A stretch of 64,000 bases of DNA from positions 1-64,000 of the forward strand of contig PPNB01000016.1 in assembly GCA_003707115.1 (NCBI GenBank). The letters are read 5' to 3'. Source of the stretch: Tortispora ganteri. Its lineage: Eukaryota. This document shows positions 40,045 to 49,174 of this stretch, piece after piece. How positions within the stretch are numbered: the stretch's first letter is position 1; each line of letters starts with the position of its first letter. The translations under genes were made by a program, and so were the position numbers. A model generated the notes under the pieces. That model saw only the letters and a list, made by a program, of their open reading frames with translations, searched no databases and was not told the DNA's origin.

Positions 40045-41682
40045 TTACTTAGCCCAATCTAAAACCATCATAGAGAGCGCAACCGATCCCACAGAAAAGG
40101 GGAGTGTCAGAACGACATAACCCCAGAAAAGAATAGCTGTCATTTCGCGCTCAAATATACCATTAAGCTGACAAATCTGTGACAACTGAATGGCCGGAGG
40201 CGAAGTAGTAAGTAAAAACAGCACAACAATGAAAATAGGGTCGTCGAGTATCGAAATGACGAAGTTGTGAGTAAGAAATGCCAATGCAGGAAACAGAACA
40301 GTGGCCGGAATGACCATTCTGCAAAACAAGCTAAGAAATACAACTTTTGAATGGTTGGCTTCATCGCTCGGGTCTGTATCGGCAATGTGCGTGGGGCCAG
40401 CGCTGGGTGCGAGGTTACCGCCTAATACCACCAGTATCAACGGCACGGCGACGCCTCCAACCTGCTTGACTGCAGAACCAGCTGTTGCATACAGGAAATG
40501 TGGAGGAGAAAATAGCTGATGCTGCAGTTGAGGGATGGCAGCAACCACTATAGCAAGGAGCATACTCCAGAGTGGCCGATTCATGAAACTCAAGACATAT
40601 CTGCCCGATATCGAAACCGGGCGCCAAAGAGGGTTTATTGCACTGGTTACTCGATCACGGAACGTTCTAAGGTTCACAAATGATGAAGATCCTACCTGTC
40701 TAGCGCGGAACATCCAATCATCGCCAATTTCGATATCTACATGATCGTGGGAACGTGAACCTGAATGTGAACGGGCAGTGCTATGAGACTTGTGCGTTGA
40801 AGAATCACCATTTTCATCGTTATCCATTCCATCATCAGAATCGCGTAATTTAGTCATAGATCTCAGTCCATTTGTGTTGAACTCAACTGTAGGCGTTGAT
40901 GCGCCGGAGTTAGACCTAGTTGTAGCCTGACTGAGTGAGCCTTCAACGTTAGGTCTGTGGTCGCACAAAGATTCATAATTAGTATGCGGAACAGCGATTG
41001 TCAATGGCGATCTTTCAGCAGGAACAGCTAGCAAATTAGAGGAACCAGAAGAAGCAACTGTATAGCTTCTAGATTGAATAGCTGTGGAATTTCTCGCTAG
41101 CGATCGAGATGAAGCTATTCGTTCAATCTCTTCTGGAGTGGGTTTCGAGAGCAGGGTATTGTAACCCCATGACCAGCGAAGAATTTGTCCAAGCTGTTGA
41201 AATAGCACAAGATAGAGAATACCACGGGAAGCAATATTATCAGCGGAATCGTCGGGTATTATGTCCCATTGAAGGTGATCTGCCATCGAATAGGCAAGCG
41301 ATACGGTGAGAGACACGGGTAATGAGTTAGAATTGCCAAAAACGGACATGGCAGTGACAAAATTGGCTTCGCGCTCATTTAACCGGAAAATGCGAGAAGC
41401 TATTCTTGCTCCAGCCCAAGATACCGCGGTCGTAAAGACAAATATAATAGGCACCAAGCCTAAATCTGCCATGGCGCCTATAGTCAGGCTAGATCCGAGT
41501 TTGGAAAAGACCAAGCATGGCGTGAATATCTCAACATTTAAAGCAGATATTTGCTTTTGAAGTTCGGCATTAAGAAGACCAGCTTTGGTGGCGAAAAGGC
41601 CCAGCGTTGATACAATAACGACTTGAAGGACAGCCTGAAAGGCGAGAAATGATAACGAAGCATAGCTGACGCTATCAGACAT
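40045..41682 (-). CDS. Auxin-efflux-carrier/PILS-like membrane transporter (YBR287W-like)
   Basis: LNVEIFTPCLVFSKL, FGNSNSLPVSL, SRGILYL..FQQLGQILRWSWGY, VAVPLILVVLG.NL, SPPAIQLSQICQ; two TM bundles around a central loop. Confidence 0.9.
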   Translation of the reverse strand: MSDSVSYASLSFLAFQAVLQVVIVSTLGLFATKAGLLNAELQKQISALNVEIFTPCLVFSKLGSSLTIGAMADLGLVPIIFVFTTAVSWAGARIASRIFRLNEREANFVTAMSVFGNSNSLPVSLTVSLAYSMADHLQWDIIPDDSADNIASRGILYLVLFQQLGQILRWSWGYNTLLSKPTPEEIERIASSRSLARNSTAIQSRSYTVASSGSSNLLAVPAERSPLTIAVPHTNYESLCDHRPNVEGSLSQATTRSNSGASTPTVEFNTNGLRSMTKLRDSDDGMDNDENGDSSTHKSHSTARSHSGSRSHDHVDIEIGDDWMFRARQVGSSSFVNLRTFRDRVTSAINPLWRPVSISGRYVLSFMNRPLWSMLLAIVVAAIPQLQHQLFSPPHFLYATAGSAVKQVGGVAVPLILVVLGGNLAPSAGPTHIADTDPSDEANHSKVVFLSLFCRMVIPATVLFPALAFLTHNFVISILDDPIFIVVLFLLTTSPPAIQLSQICQLNGIFEREMTAILFWGYVVLTLPFSVGSVALSMMVLDWAK

Positions 41683-42132
41683 GAATAAGGGTATAAGGTA
41701 GCACTAAGAGAAGAAAAAAACAAGGAAAATCAAAGAAAAACTGCAAATAAAAAATTCTCAGTCAATGATTAGAATAAAATTTTCCACCTATTAACAATTA
41801 TTACAGCGTGTTCAATACCGTGTCGGTCGGTGACAGTAAAGTACGAGAACGCCCTATCTTGGCCAATGAGTGGGAGTTCGGGGGCCAGAGACCCTTGGTA
41901 GGCCATCTACTTGAACAAATCTTATTGGCTGCGATGAATAATAATCGGGTAGTGGAATGGAAGTGGGTTCAGTAATCGGGGTTGAACGAAGAAACGGCAT
42001 AAAAAAAAAGTTAGTCTGTGTATGTCTATTGCTGATGTAGCTGCATGTGTTTAGTAGCGGCTACCGTTAGGTCATAATGTGGTATCGGGTGAAGCAAAGA
42101 CCGCTTCAAATCGGGTTGTATTTGGGTCGTAG

Positions 42133-42378
42133 CTATTTCCAGAACCATTTAGACATGGTCGAAGTAGATAGTTCTGAATTTTTGCTTGCGTTACTGAACT
42201 TTGTAGCTTTTAAATCGTAGGCTTTACGTTGTAGATCGTCAATGGTTGCGTTCAAATTCTTCTCAGTTTCGTCAGTCAGCAGCTTTAACCGCAACCAATG
42301 CACAGACATATACACAAATGATCCCATTAGGAATATCTTTCCCACAGGATAAACAGCTTCGCGATAAATGTTGCCCAT
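42133..42378 (-). CDS. Small single-pass protein, possibly Ina17-like (mitochondrial ATP synthase assembly)
   Basis: 81 aa: YREAVYPVGKIFLMGSFVYMSVHWLRLKL (TM), short coiled coil, KWFWK end. No obvious presequence, so the 5' end may be incomplete. Confidence 0.5.
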   Translation of the reverse strand: MGNIYREAVYPVGKIFLMGSFVYMSVHWLRLKLLTDETEKNLNATIDDLQRKAYDLKATKFSNASKNSELSTSTMSKWFWK

Positions 42379-42668
42379 ATTTCCAGGCTGTTGGGGAGAG
42401 GTTTAATAAGAGATGTATGTGTAGAGGTCAAGTGTGGTGGAGCTAAAACAATACTAGTCAAGCGACGACGGTGCTTCTAACGAACGGAATCCGGAGAATG
42501 AATTCCTTTTCAACTACAACTATATTTATAAGTAAATTTGATACTTAAATAATTATATACAGTTATGACAATAAGAGCCAACAATTAGAAACAAGTTTAA
42601 ATAATTTATTAATTGAATAATTAGATTATACATACTTATTAATTCATTCAGCTACACTAATATAGAAA

Positions 42669-42739
42669 GCGTTGATGGTTTAGTGGTAAAATTCGTCGTT
42701 GCCATCGACGAGCCCCCGGTTCGATTCCGGGTCAACGCA
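42669..42739 (+). tRNA. tRNA-Gly(GCC), intronless
   Basis: Acceptor GCGTTGA/TCAACGC, D-arm TGGTTTAGTGGTAAAAT, anticodon arm CGTCG-TTGCCAT-CGACG, T-arm CCCGG-TTCGATT-CCGGG, followed by T tracts (Pol III terminator). Confidence 0.97.
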
Positions 42740-42793
42740 AGTTTTATATTTTTTTTACAGGTAGGTTCTTCTATTCTTTTTACATTCGACTAA

Positions 42794-43855
42794 ATGGAAC
42801 TAAATCTAGCCAATTGCCTGCCCGAAAATTACAAGTTTTCTCTTTTTGAATCACGGACTAAGGAAGTTCCTAGGAAACTTACACTTGCTAAAGATGCCGC
42901 TAAAGGAACAGGGTCCTCGCGGCTCTATTTATTAGAACATAAAGATATATTAGTGTTTGGTCTTGAGATCGAAATATATAATGAGCCAGACTTGGTGACG
43001 ATCTTTATATCGAAAGCTGATACCACTGGATACTATTATGAGCAGGAACCTAAACCACCTACTTTGTCTATAAGAGGGATCGCGCAGAGGATTTTAGCCG
43101 AAATCATCAAAGAGTTTCCCGACCGCAGGTTGAGATTGTGTATATTTACGCGCCCAGAGAAACAGTATCTATTTGGCTTGTCTTCGAAATGTACATACAA
43201 GCATATACTCACTGGACTGCAGTTGCTGAAATGGTGGATTAATGTAGCAGAGAATGTTGCACAAGAAGTCTATGAGCATAGCGAGTTAAAGAAGTACGCG
43301 TTAAGTCCTGGTATGGACGATGCAGACTTAAAGCGGCTGCTCGATCATGTATCTGGGTGGCAGATTGGTACAGTATTTTGCCCAGAAGAAGACCAGAATA
43401 CTGTGAAAGCTGTTGATGTAATACCACAGTTTTCTGACGATCCAAAGACTAGATTCATCAACGCTATTGAAACAGATCACAGGAAAGACGAAGTAACAGT
43501 TAAAATGTTCTTAGAGGAAATCCAAGGACGACAAGAGTTTCGACTAGCTCAAACTGTTGGTATTATCGGTATTGTTGGAGTGACTAAACCAACTGCAAAT
43601 ACTACTAAATGGGATCATGAGCTGATTGATACACATTCCTATGATAGGCTACATGAACAGCTGCTTAATGGCGACTACAGTAATATAACGTCAGCAAAAA
43701 ATGCCACAGCCGATATTGTGAAGTCTATGACTTATAGAGCTGATATCATTGGATCTTTGAAGCAATTGGTAACTGAGAAAGAAAAAAATTCAGTTAAAAG
43801 GGTAAATACCCTATCTGCTGGATTAGTTAGAAAAAAGCCAAAAACAACTAGCTAA
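42794..43855 (+). CDS. RTT109: Histone H3K56 acetyltransferase Rtt109
   Basis: VFGLEIEIY, IFISKADTTGY, QYLF..S....KHILTG.QLLKWW, IPQFSDDPKTRFI, RQEFRL, VNTLSAGLVRKK. Confidence 0.92.
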   Translation: MELNLANCLPENYKFSLFESRTKEVPRKLTLAKDAAKGTGSSRLYLLEHKDILVFGLEIEIYNEPDLVTIFISKADTTGYYYEQEPKPPTLSIRGIAQRILAEIIKEFPDRRLRLCIFTRPEKQYLFGLSSKCTYKHILTGLQLLKWWINVAENVAQEVYEHSELKKYALSPGMDDADLKRLLDHVSGWQIGTVFCPEEDQNTVKAVDVIPQFSDDPKTRFINAIETDHRKDEVTVKMFLEEIQGRQEFRLAQTVGIIGIVGVTKPTANTTKWDHELIDTHSYDRLHEQLLNGDYSNITSAKNATADIVKSMTYRADIIGSLKQLVTEKEKNSVKRVNTLSAGLVRKKPKTTS

Positions 43856-43864
43856 AGCGAACAT

Positions 43865-44839
43865 CTAGACATTGCTAAATGCGAGAAGTATATCGTTGAT
43901 ACTCATTTCTCGTTTTGCATTGAGAAACAAGTTCCGTTGCAATTGTGTGCACCACTCTTTGCTTTGCCAATGGTTATGCCATTCAGAGTTGCAATGGTCT
44001 ACTAGCGTCGACAATACATTAATGGCTCTTTTTCGATCTCCATCTGTGCAGGAAATGATCTCACTAGTCTTTGAATGGTCGAGCTTGGAACCCACCCACT
44101 CAATTCTGTTATAGTATTGTTGCGGGACACATCGCAAGTATACGCGGAGAATGTCGAGGCCATGTGGGTCAGCATCTACGGCAATCTGAACTTTGACACG
44201 CGGCATTTTCTCAATCACATGCAACAACGTATACATCAAAGTTATTGTTGCTTTATCGGGATATCCTTTTCCACAGAGTATCACCCTGTTATTTTGGTGG
44301 TACCCGGATTCGACCAGAGAATGCATGATCGCCTCTTTCTCAACAATTAGGATCGAGTCTAGATCCGCCATCAATTTTGCTTCAACTGGCTTTCCTGGTA
44401 AGACAGTGATCTCTGAGCAGTCCACTTCGCATTCAGGGTTTACGCATTTTAAACGAAGGGGGCCTATCACAAGTCCTTTGCTTCCAGGTACGATACCGGT
44501 CAAACTCGAATCGATCTTCAGTGCCTCACCGAGTTTCTTAAGCGAGAGATCTACTGCATATTGTGACCGGAAAAGCTCGACATTTTGATAGTAAACATTT
44601 CGTCTAGTTACTGTTACGCCGTTTTCGAGACATTCAATTGCCGTGTTTAGTAGAAATAACAGCATTGTGAATTGACGACATTCCGACTCGGTCTTCCCAG
44701 GGAACGAATAGTCTCCTATTTTAAGTTCCCGACTATTCTTTAATGAGGAAATAAGGTACGCCTTTTGTCCGAGAAGTCGTTTCAGAATGCTGCGTTTGCT
44801 TTGACCTCGCGCAGGAGTGCTACGAAGTTGACTTGACAT
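43865..44839 (-). CDS. SPO11: Meiotic double-strand-break transesterase Spo11
   Basis: Catalytic-Tyr region TRRNVYYQ..LF.SQ..VD, SKGLVIG, Toprim motifs ILIVEKEA, GKGYPD and DADPHGLDI, C-terminal KREM. ATG at 44839. Confidence 0.92.
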   Translation of the reverse strand: MSSQLRSTPARGQSKRSILKRLLGQKAYLISSLKNSRELKIGDYSFPGKTESECRQFTMLLFLLNTAIECLENGVTVTRRNVYYQNVELFRSQYAVDLSLKKLGEALKIDSSLTGIVPGSKGLVIGPLRLKCVNPECEVDCSEITVLPGKPVEAKLMADLDSILIVEKEAIMHSLVESGYHQNNRVILCGKGYPDKATITLMYTLLHVIEKMPRVKVQIAVDADPHGLDILRVYLRCVPQQYYNRIEWVGSKLDHSKTSEIISCTDGDRKRAINVLSTLVDHCNSEWHNHWQSKEWCTQLQRNLFLNAKREMSINDILLAFSNV

Positions 44840-45424
44840 GATTGTGAACGACACGTCAATTTTTCCGCGTTCACTGTAGTAACCAGTTCTCCTGAATCTC
44901 TATGTACCTCAACAATTTGAATGACAATTTTTTTAAAAGCAATATACATTTTTGTTAAACGCAAAAATCTAACTCGAATATATTTATTGTACGTAATGGC
45001 TTCTTTATCGTCTATTCCGTCAGCTGAAAGTGCATTTTAAGGTTAACCTATCGCAAAGCGAAAGGCCGTTGTAGGAACAATGACCTTTGTTATTTCCAGC
45101 ATTATATTAAGGTTACCGGTGTAACTGTAAATAAATATACCTTATAGGATTATTTAAGACGATAAATAGTATTATGTATAATGGTAAGACATTACATAAC
45201 ATAGCTTTAATAAACAGAAAAGAGAAAACAAAAAATGAAAATAAAAATAGTTGCAAGCACAAGTTCGTCTAGACAATGACAGACAGGGAACCTCGCCAAA
45301 TTTGTTGGTGCAGCAACTCGTTATTATACATGTATGAAAGGAATTATAGAGCCCCAGTAAAAATATTAGCGCCAAAAAACTACAGGAGATATCTGAAAGT
45401 TTTGCAAGAATGAAAGAGGAAGTT

Positions 45425-47284
45425 TCAGTAAGAGTGTCTGGGGTTAGGTTGTTTGACTTCCCTGTCAACTATGATTCCAGTTCGATTAAAGTCCGGTATA
45501 GGATCTTCTATAGCAATAACAGGAAATCCAGTAGAAAAGAACCCATTTATCAAAGTGTTCCTAGATATTGAAAAGCGCGCAAACAACAGCTGTTGAATGA
45601 GCTTTTCATACTCCGAAGCTTCAGCGTTCGAAATGTACTTGAGCTTGAGCCAGAGCCCCAACTCAATTTGATTCGCCATTATAGCAAAAGCTGCGACTTC
45701 TAAAGGTTGTGTAATATGTGTAATCTGAGTAGGACAATGAACAGTTGAAAAACCATTGTGCGCTAGCAATTCTACCAGCTCTAACGAATGGTACTCAGAA
45801 AAGTCATTAAGTATAATGACAGGACGTTCAGAAGCCACAGTGCGTCGTCTTTCAACCACCGGAATAAGTATATTTTTAACATATTCAAGGAGAAGGTCGG
45901 CTCGATCGAACTGCTCTATAGACCCTCGAAATGCATATACACCACTATACTTTATTGTCATCTCTTTCAAGGCAGGTAGCTGAGATTTGTCTGAAACTGT
46001 GATCCCAATCATACCAGGAAGTAGCGTTCCATCTGCACTAGCACATTCAAATATAGTAAATGCATTCAGTATAGGATAAACGTTAGAGTAGGATTTGGGA
46101 ATCACAGAGGGCCTGTAAGTGTCTAGGTAGTATGGTAACGAGAACTCAGAGAGGCTGAATATCAACTCCGGGGATGTTTCTATGTCTTGCAGAACATTCC
46201 TAACTTGGTCTTCATGCTTTCGCATATGTGTCTTTGTACCTGCTCGTTTTCGTCTTCTGTCGCCGGGGGGAAACAGTTCTAGTCCAAGAGTCGAGGAGTT
46301 ACGGCTGATAAAGGACTTGAACCAATAGCGCGATATATCTTCTTTTGCCTTCTGAGGAGACATCATCCTAGAGTTGCTTTCTGAAGCTTCTTTGGCCACC
46401 TGGTTAGAATTGGTGATATTTTCAGGTTGAGCCTTAGGGTTCATCAAAAGCGTGCCCGTATCAGCTTGGACTTCTTTAATAGAGTCGGTATTATTTTGAT
46501 CAACAAGAGCAGGTATAGATAAAGACTTGGAAGCAGAGGTCGCCGTGCTATTTATTTCAGTCGAACCATTGCCTGATTCTGTGTTGAGGTTTGACGTTTC
46601 AATTGCGGATGAGGTATTGGCCGGATCAGGTGTATCTGCAGGTTTATTGTCGGATGATAAACTGAATGTGGATTGGTTTTTTGTAGAGCTTGACGTATCA
46701 GTTTGACAAGTCTGAGCTATCATTACGCTATGGTCACTGGTAGCTGACGATTCAGTCTTAGAAACTTGGGAATCTTGTGATTCTCTTTGATCTCGGGCCT
46801 CATGAAGAGACCTTGCTAGCTCTTTGACTTCCATGATCTTCAGGGGGTACCCGTCATAGAACCCACGCTCAATTGCTTCTGCAACTTGACATTCCTCATC
46901 ATACGATAAATATCTGCCACGACGTGACGACTTCAATTTAGCTAAATCGAAATCATTGTCAGAGGTAGTAGTTTTAGCTTGTTCGGTCAAATCAGCAGGA
47001 ATATCAATCGAGTCTTCGCTGAGCGTACCGCCGCGAGATTTGAGTCGTTTTATTACCATTCTGTAGCTCAACTGGAATTCTTTAGCGAGAAGTTTTCTGC
47101 CGCTCCTATTCTTTTTACCGGGTGAGTTTTCGTATTTAATTATCTCATCAACACAAAGGTCATACAAGCGATTGATGATTTCTCTTCGCATTCTGTATGT
47201 ACCTGTCTGCCGTAAAGCATCGTGCATACTATCTATCTGCTTGCGTACATCTGCAGGAATAGGAGGCATTTCAGGGCGATCCAT
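45425..47284 (-). CDS. Pogo/Fot1 (Tc5/CENP-B type) transposase-derived protein with degenerate DDD triad, probably domesticated
   Basis: psq-like HTH (SGRKLLAKEFQLSYRMVIKRLK); CENP-B HTH (LSYDEECQVAEAI...GYPLKIMEVKELARSL ... ISRYWFKSFISRN); DDE_1-like blocks TIFECASADGTLLP, RPVIILND...H and HCPTQITHITQPLEV. Uninterrupted 619-codon ORF; no TIRs seen. Confidence 0.8.
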   Translation of the reverse strand: MDRPEMPPIPADVRKQIDSMHDALRQTGTYRMRREIINRLYDLCVDEIIKYENSPGKKNRSGRKLLAKEFQLSYRMVIKRLKSRGGTLSEDSIDIPADLTEQAKTTTSDNDFDLAKLKSSRRGRYLSYDEECQVAEAIERGFYDGYPLKIMEVKELARSLHEARDQRESQDSQVSKTESSATSDHSVMIAQTCQTDTSSSTKNQSTFSLSSDNKPADTPDPANTSSAIETSNLNTESGNGSTEINSTATSASKSLSIPALVDQNNTDSIKEVQADTGTLLMNPKAQPENITNSNQVAKEASESNSRMMSPQKAKEDISRYWFKSFISRNSSTLGLELFPPGDRRRKRAGTKTHMRKHEDQVRNVLQDIETSPELIFSLSEFSLPYYLDTYRPSVIPKSYSNVYPILNAFTIFECASADGTLLPGMIGITVSDKSQLPALKEMTIKYSGVYAFRGSIEQFDRADLLLEYVKNILIPVVERRRTVASERPVIILNDFSEYHSLELVELLAHNGFSTVHCPTQITHITQPLEVAAFAIMANQIELGLWLKLKYISNAEASEYEKLIQQLLFARFSISRNTLINGFFSTGFPVIAIEDPIPDFNRTGIIVDREVKQPNPRHSY

Positions 47285-48353
47285 AGTTTAATTGTGGTAA
47301 AGAATAAACAAGTAGTGTTGGTATTGTTGCGGTAACTAGATTTGTTGCATGGTAGTTAGGGGGGAGGCATGCCAAAAGGAAGAGATTTTCCAACCAGTGT
47401 CCGTTGCTAAGGAGCTAATGTTTTTTAACGGGATATTATGTTAAATCAAGACATTCTCCAGTTATCGGTTGTCCAGATTCTTACCGTCTGCGATTCAATA
47501 TGCTAAAATAATACTACCTTAATAAATAGTTAAAAGTAACATATTTGTGTATTTGATTGATGAGGGCAATATATTTTACAAAGGATAGAACTTACGCTCA
47601 TCCCGTATCTGAAAGTTTAATATTTTTGACAGTAGGCAACCCAAGTTCAGCCAGCCGCACTTAAAAGCTTTTCTAAGAGCACACGCATTCTCTAGCTATA
47701 CATTTTCTGCCTATGGCTGACCAATAAAACATTCTTTAGTTATTTGCTTTTCACTATAAACATGAAATTGAATGGTTTAATTTACCTAAGAACTATTGTC
47801 GTTTCATTGACGAACATGTAGAGCTCCGATAGCGTGAGATATGATCGCGATATGTGACATGTTGTGACATGTATGATAGATTCAGATAATCACAAAAGGA
47901 AACATTTATATGTCTATTTGGTCATATATTGGTATGAAACTACCAGTATAATGCATGAGATTAATTAAATGGCGATTTCGCACCAAGAAGGAGCAATATT
48001 GACTCGTGAAGTTACTGATGGTGATTGGACGTGAACAACCTAAAACAATATAGGGTTTGAGGCTAGAATATCTCGTAACTTGAGGGAACATGTCTTATAT
48101 GATCATATAAAACAAAGGGCAAATATTTTTAGTATTATAATATCGATGGTATAATGAATGTGTAAAGCTGTAACCTATGCAAGGATGGGCCGGCTTGTTG
48201 TTTTGTCATGTATTGAACCGAAATAGTCACTGATCGTCGATCGTAATAACCATACAAACTCCAATAAGAGATTGATTATTAGATGCAATTTATTTATGAT
48301 GATTCAATGTTGTAAAATAAACCAAGTCTCATTGAGGCTAATTGAATCATACT

Positions 48354-48378
48354 TATATATATATATATATATATATAT
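48354..48378. repeat. (TA)12 microsatellite
   Basis: Read directly from the sequence. Confidence 0.9.
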
Positions 48379-49174
48379 TTATACAATACAGATCATACAT
48401 GTGCTTTGACATGTGAAACTGTAGGCTGATGTGAGAAAGCAAAATAAAGGCAAAATCATTTTAAAGACAATATATTACAATATTAAAGGTAAGAAGCCGT
48501 TAATCTGATAACCATAAGCCGCCATGTCCTTGTATGTTATAATTGTGAACTTGCCTCTGCGAGATGTAAGATATAGGTATATAGGTTGAAATACTATACG
48601 GCTACTTTTATAAAGTCGTTCAAACCATTCAAATAAGGCGTACTGTAGAAATATTAATATTGTCTATGCGATCGAGTAGAATTGCAATATCGCAAATGAA
48701 ATAGATGTTCGACATTGGCTAGAACATTTAGTCGACTAGTACGACCGTAGATACGATGTCGCCCTCGATTAGAAAAGATTCAAACATTATTAGTTTCGAA
48801 TTTAACACATCTATATCTTTCAATTGTTGCTGCAGCAACCGTTTTTGTACTATTTTATTTAGATTGAAGATCTAGGACCCTGCCGATACTTCGGACACAT
48901 AAGGTTAGGCTACTAAATCTTCTTTTAGCTGCAAATGTACAACACGTCTTTAGTTAGCACTGTTATTCGGCTAACTATTTTTCGTTTAATATTAAGGCCA
49001 CGGGAATTTTTTGATATTCTATCGTACGTTTCATAGAACTGGTCTGTTGCGATAGGGCTATTATTTTTTCTTTTCTATTTTTTTTTTATTTTTCAGATAG
49101 TTATTTGGCAATAACTCTATTTTGTTCTGATATTCATCGATCTGATTCGTTTATCTAGCTGAAATTGTTGAACC

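Noticed and set aside
48524..49100. ATGTCCTT|GTATGT as a possible upstream exon of GT90 copy 1
   Set aside because: Each candidate acceptor I tested leads to an early stop rather than joining the GT90 frame.
44855..49174. Terminal inverted repeats or target-site duplication around the transposase-like gene
   Set aside because: No matching inverted termini found by eye, only short local palindromes, so it is not annotated as a mobile element. An einverted run would settle this.
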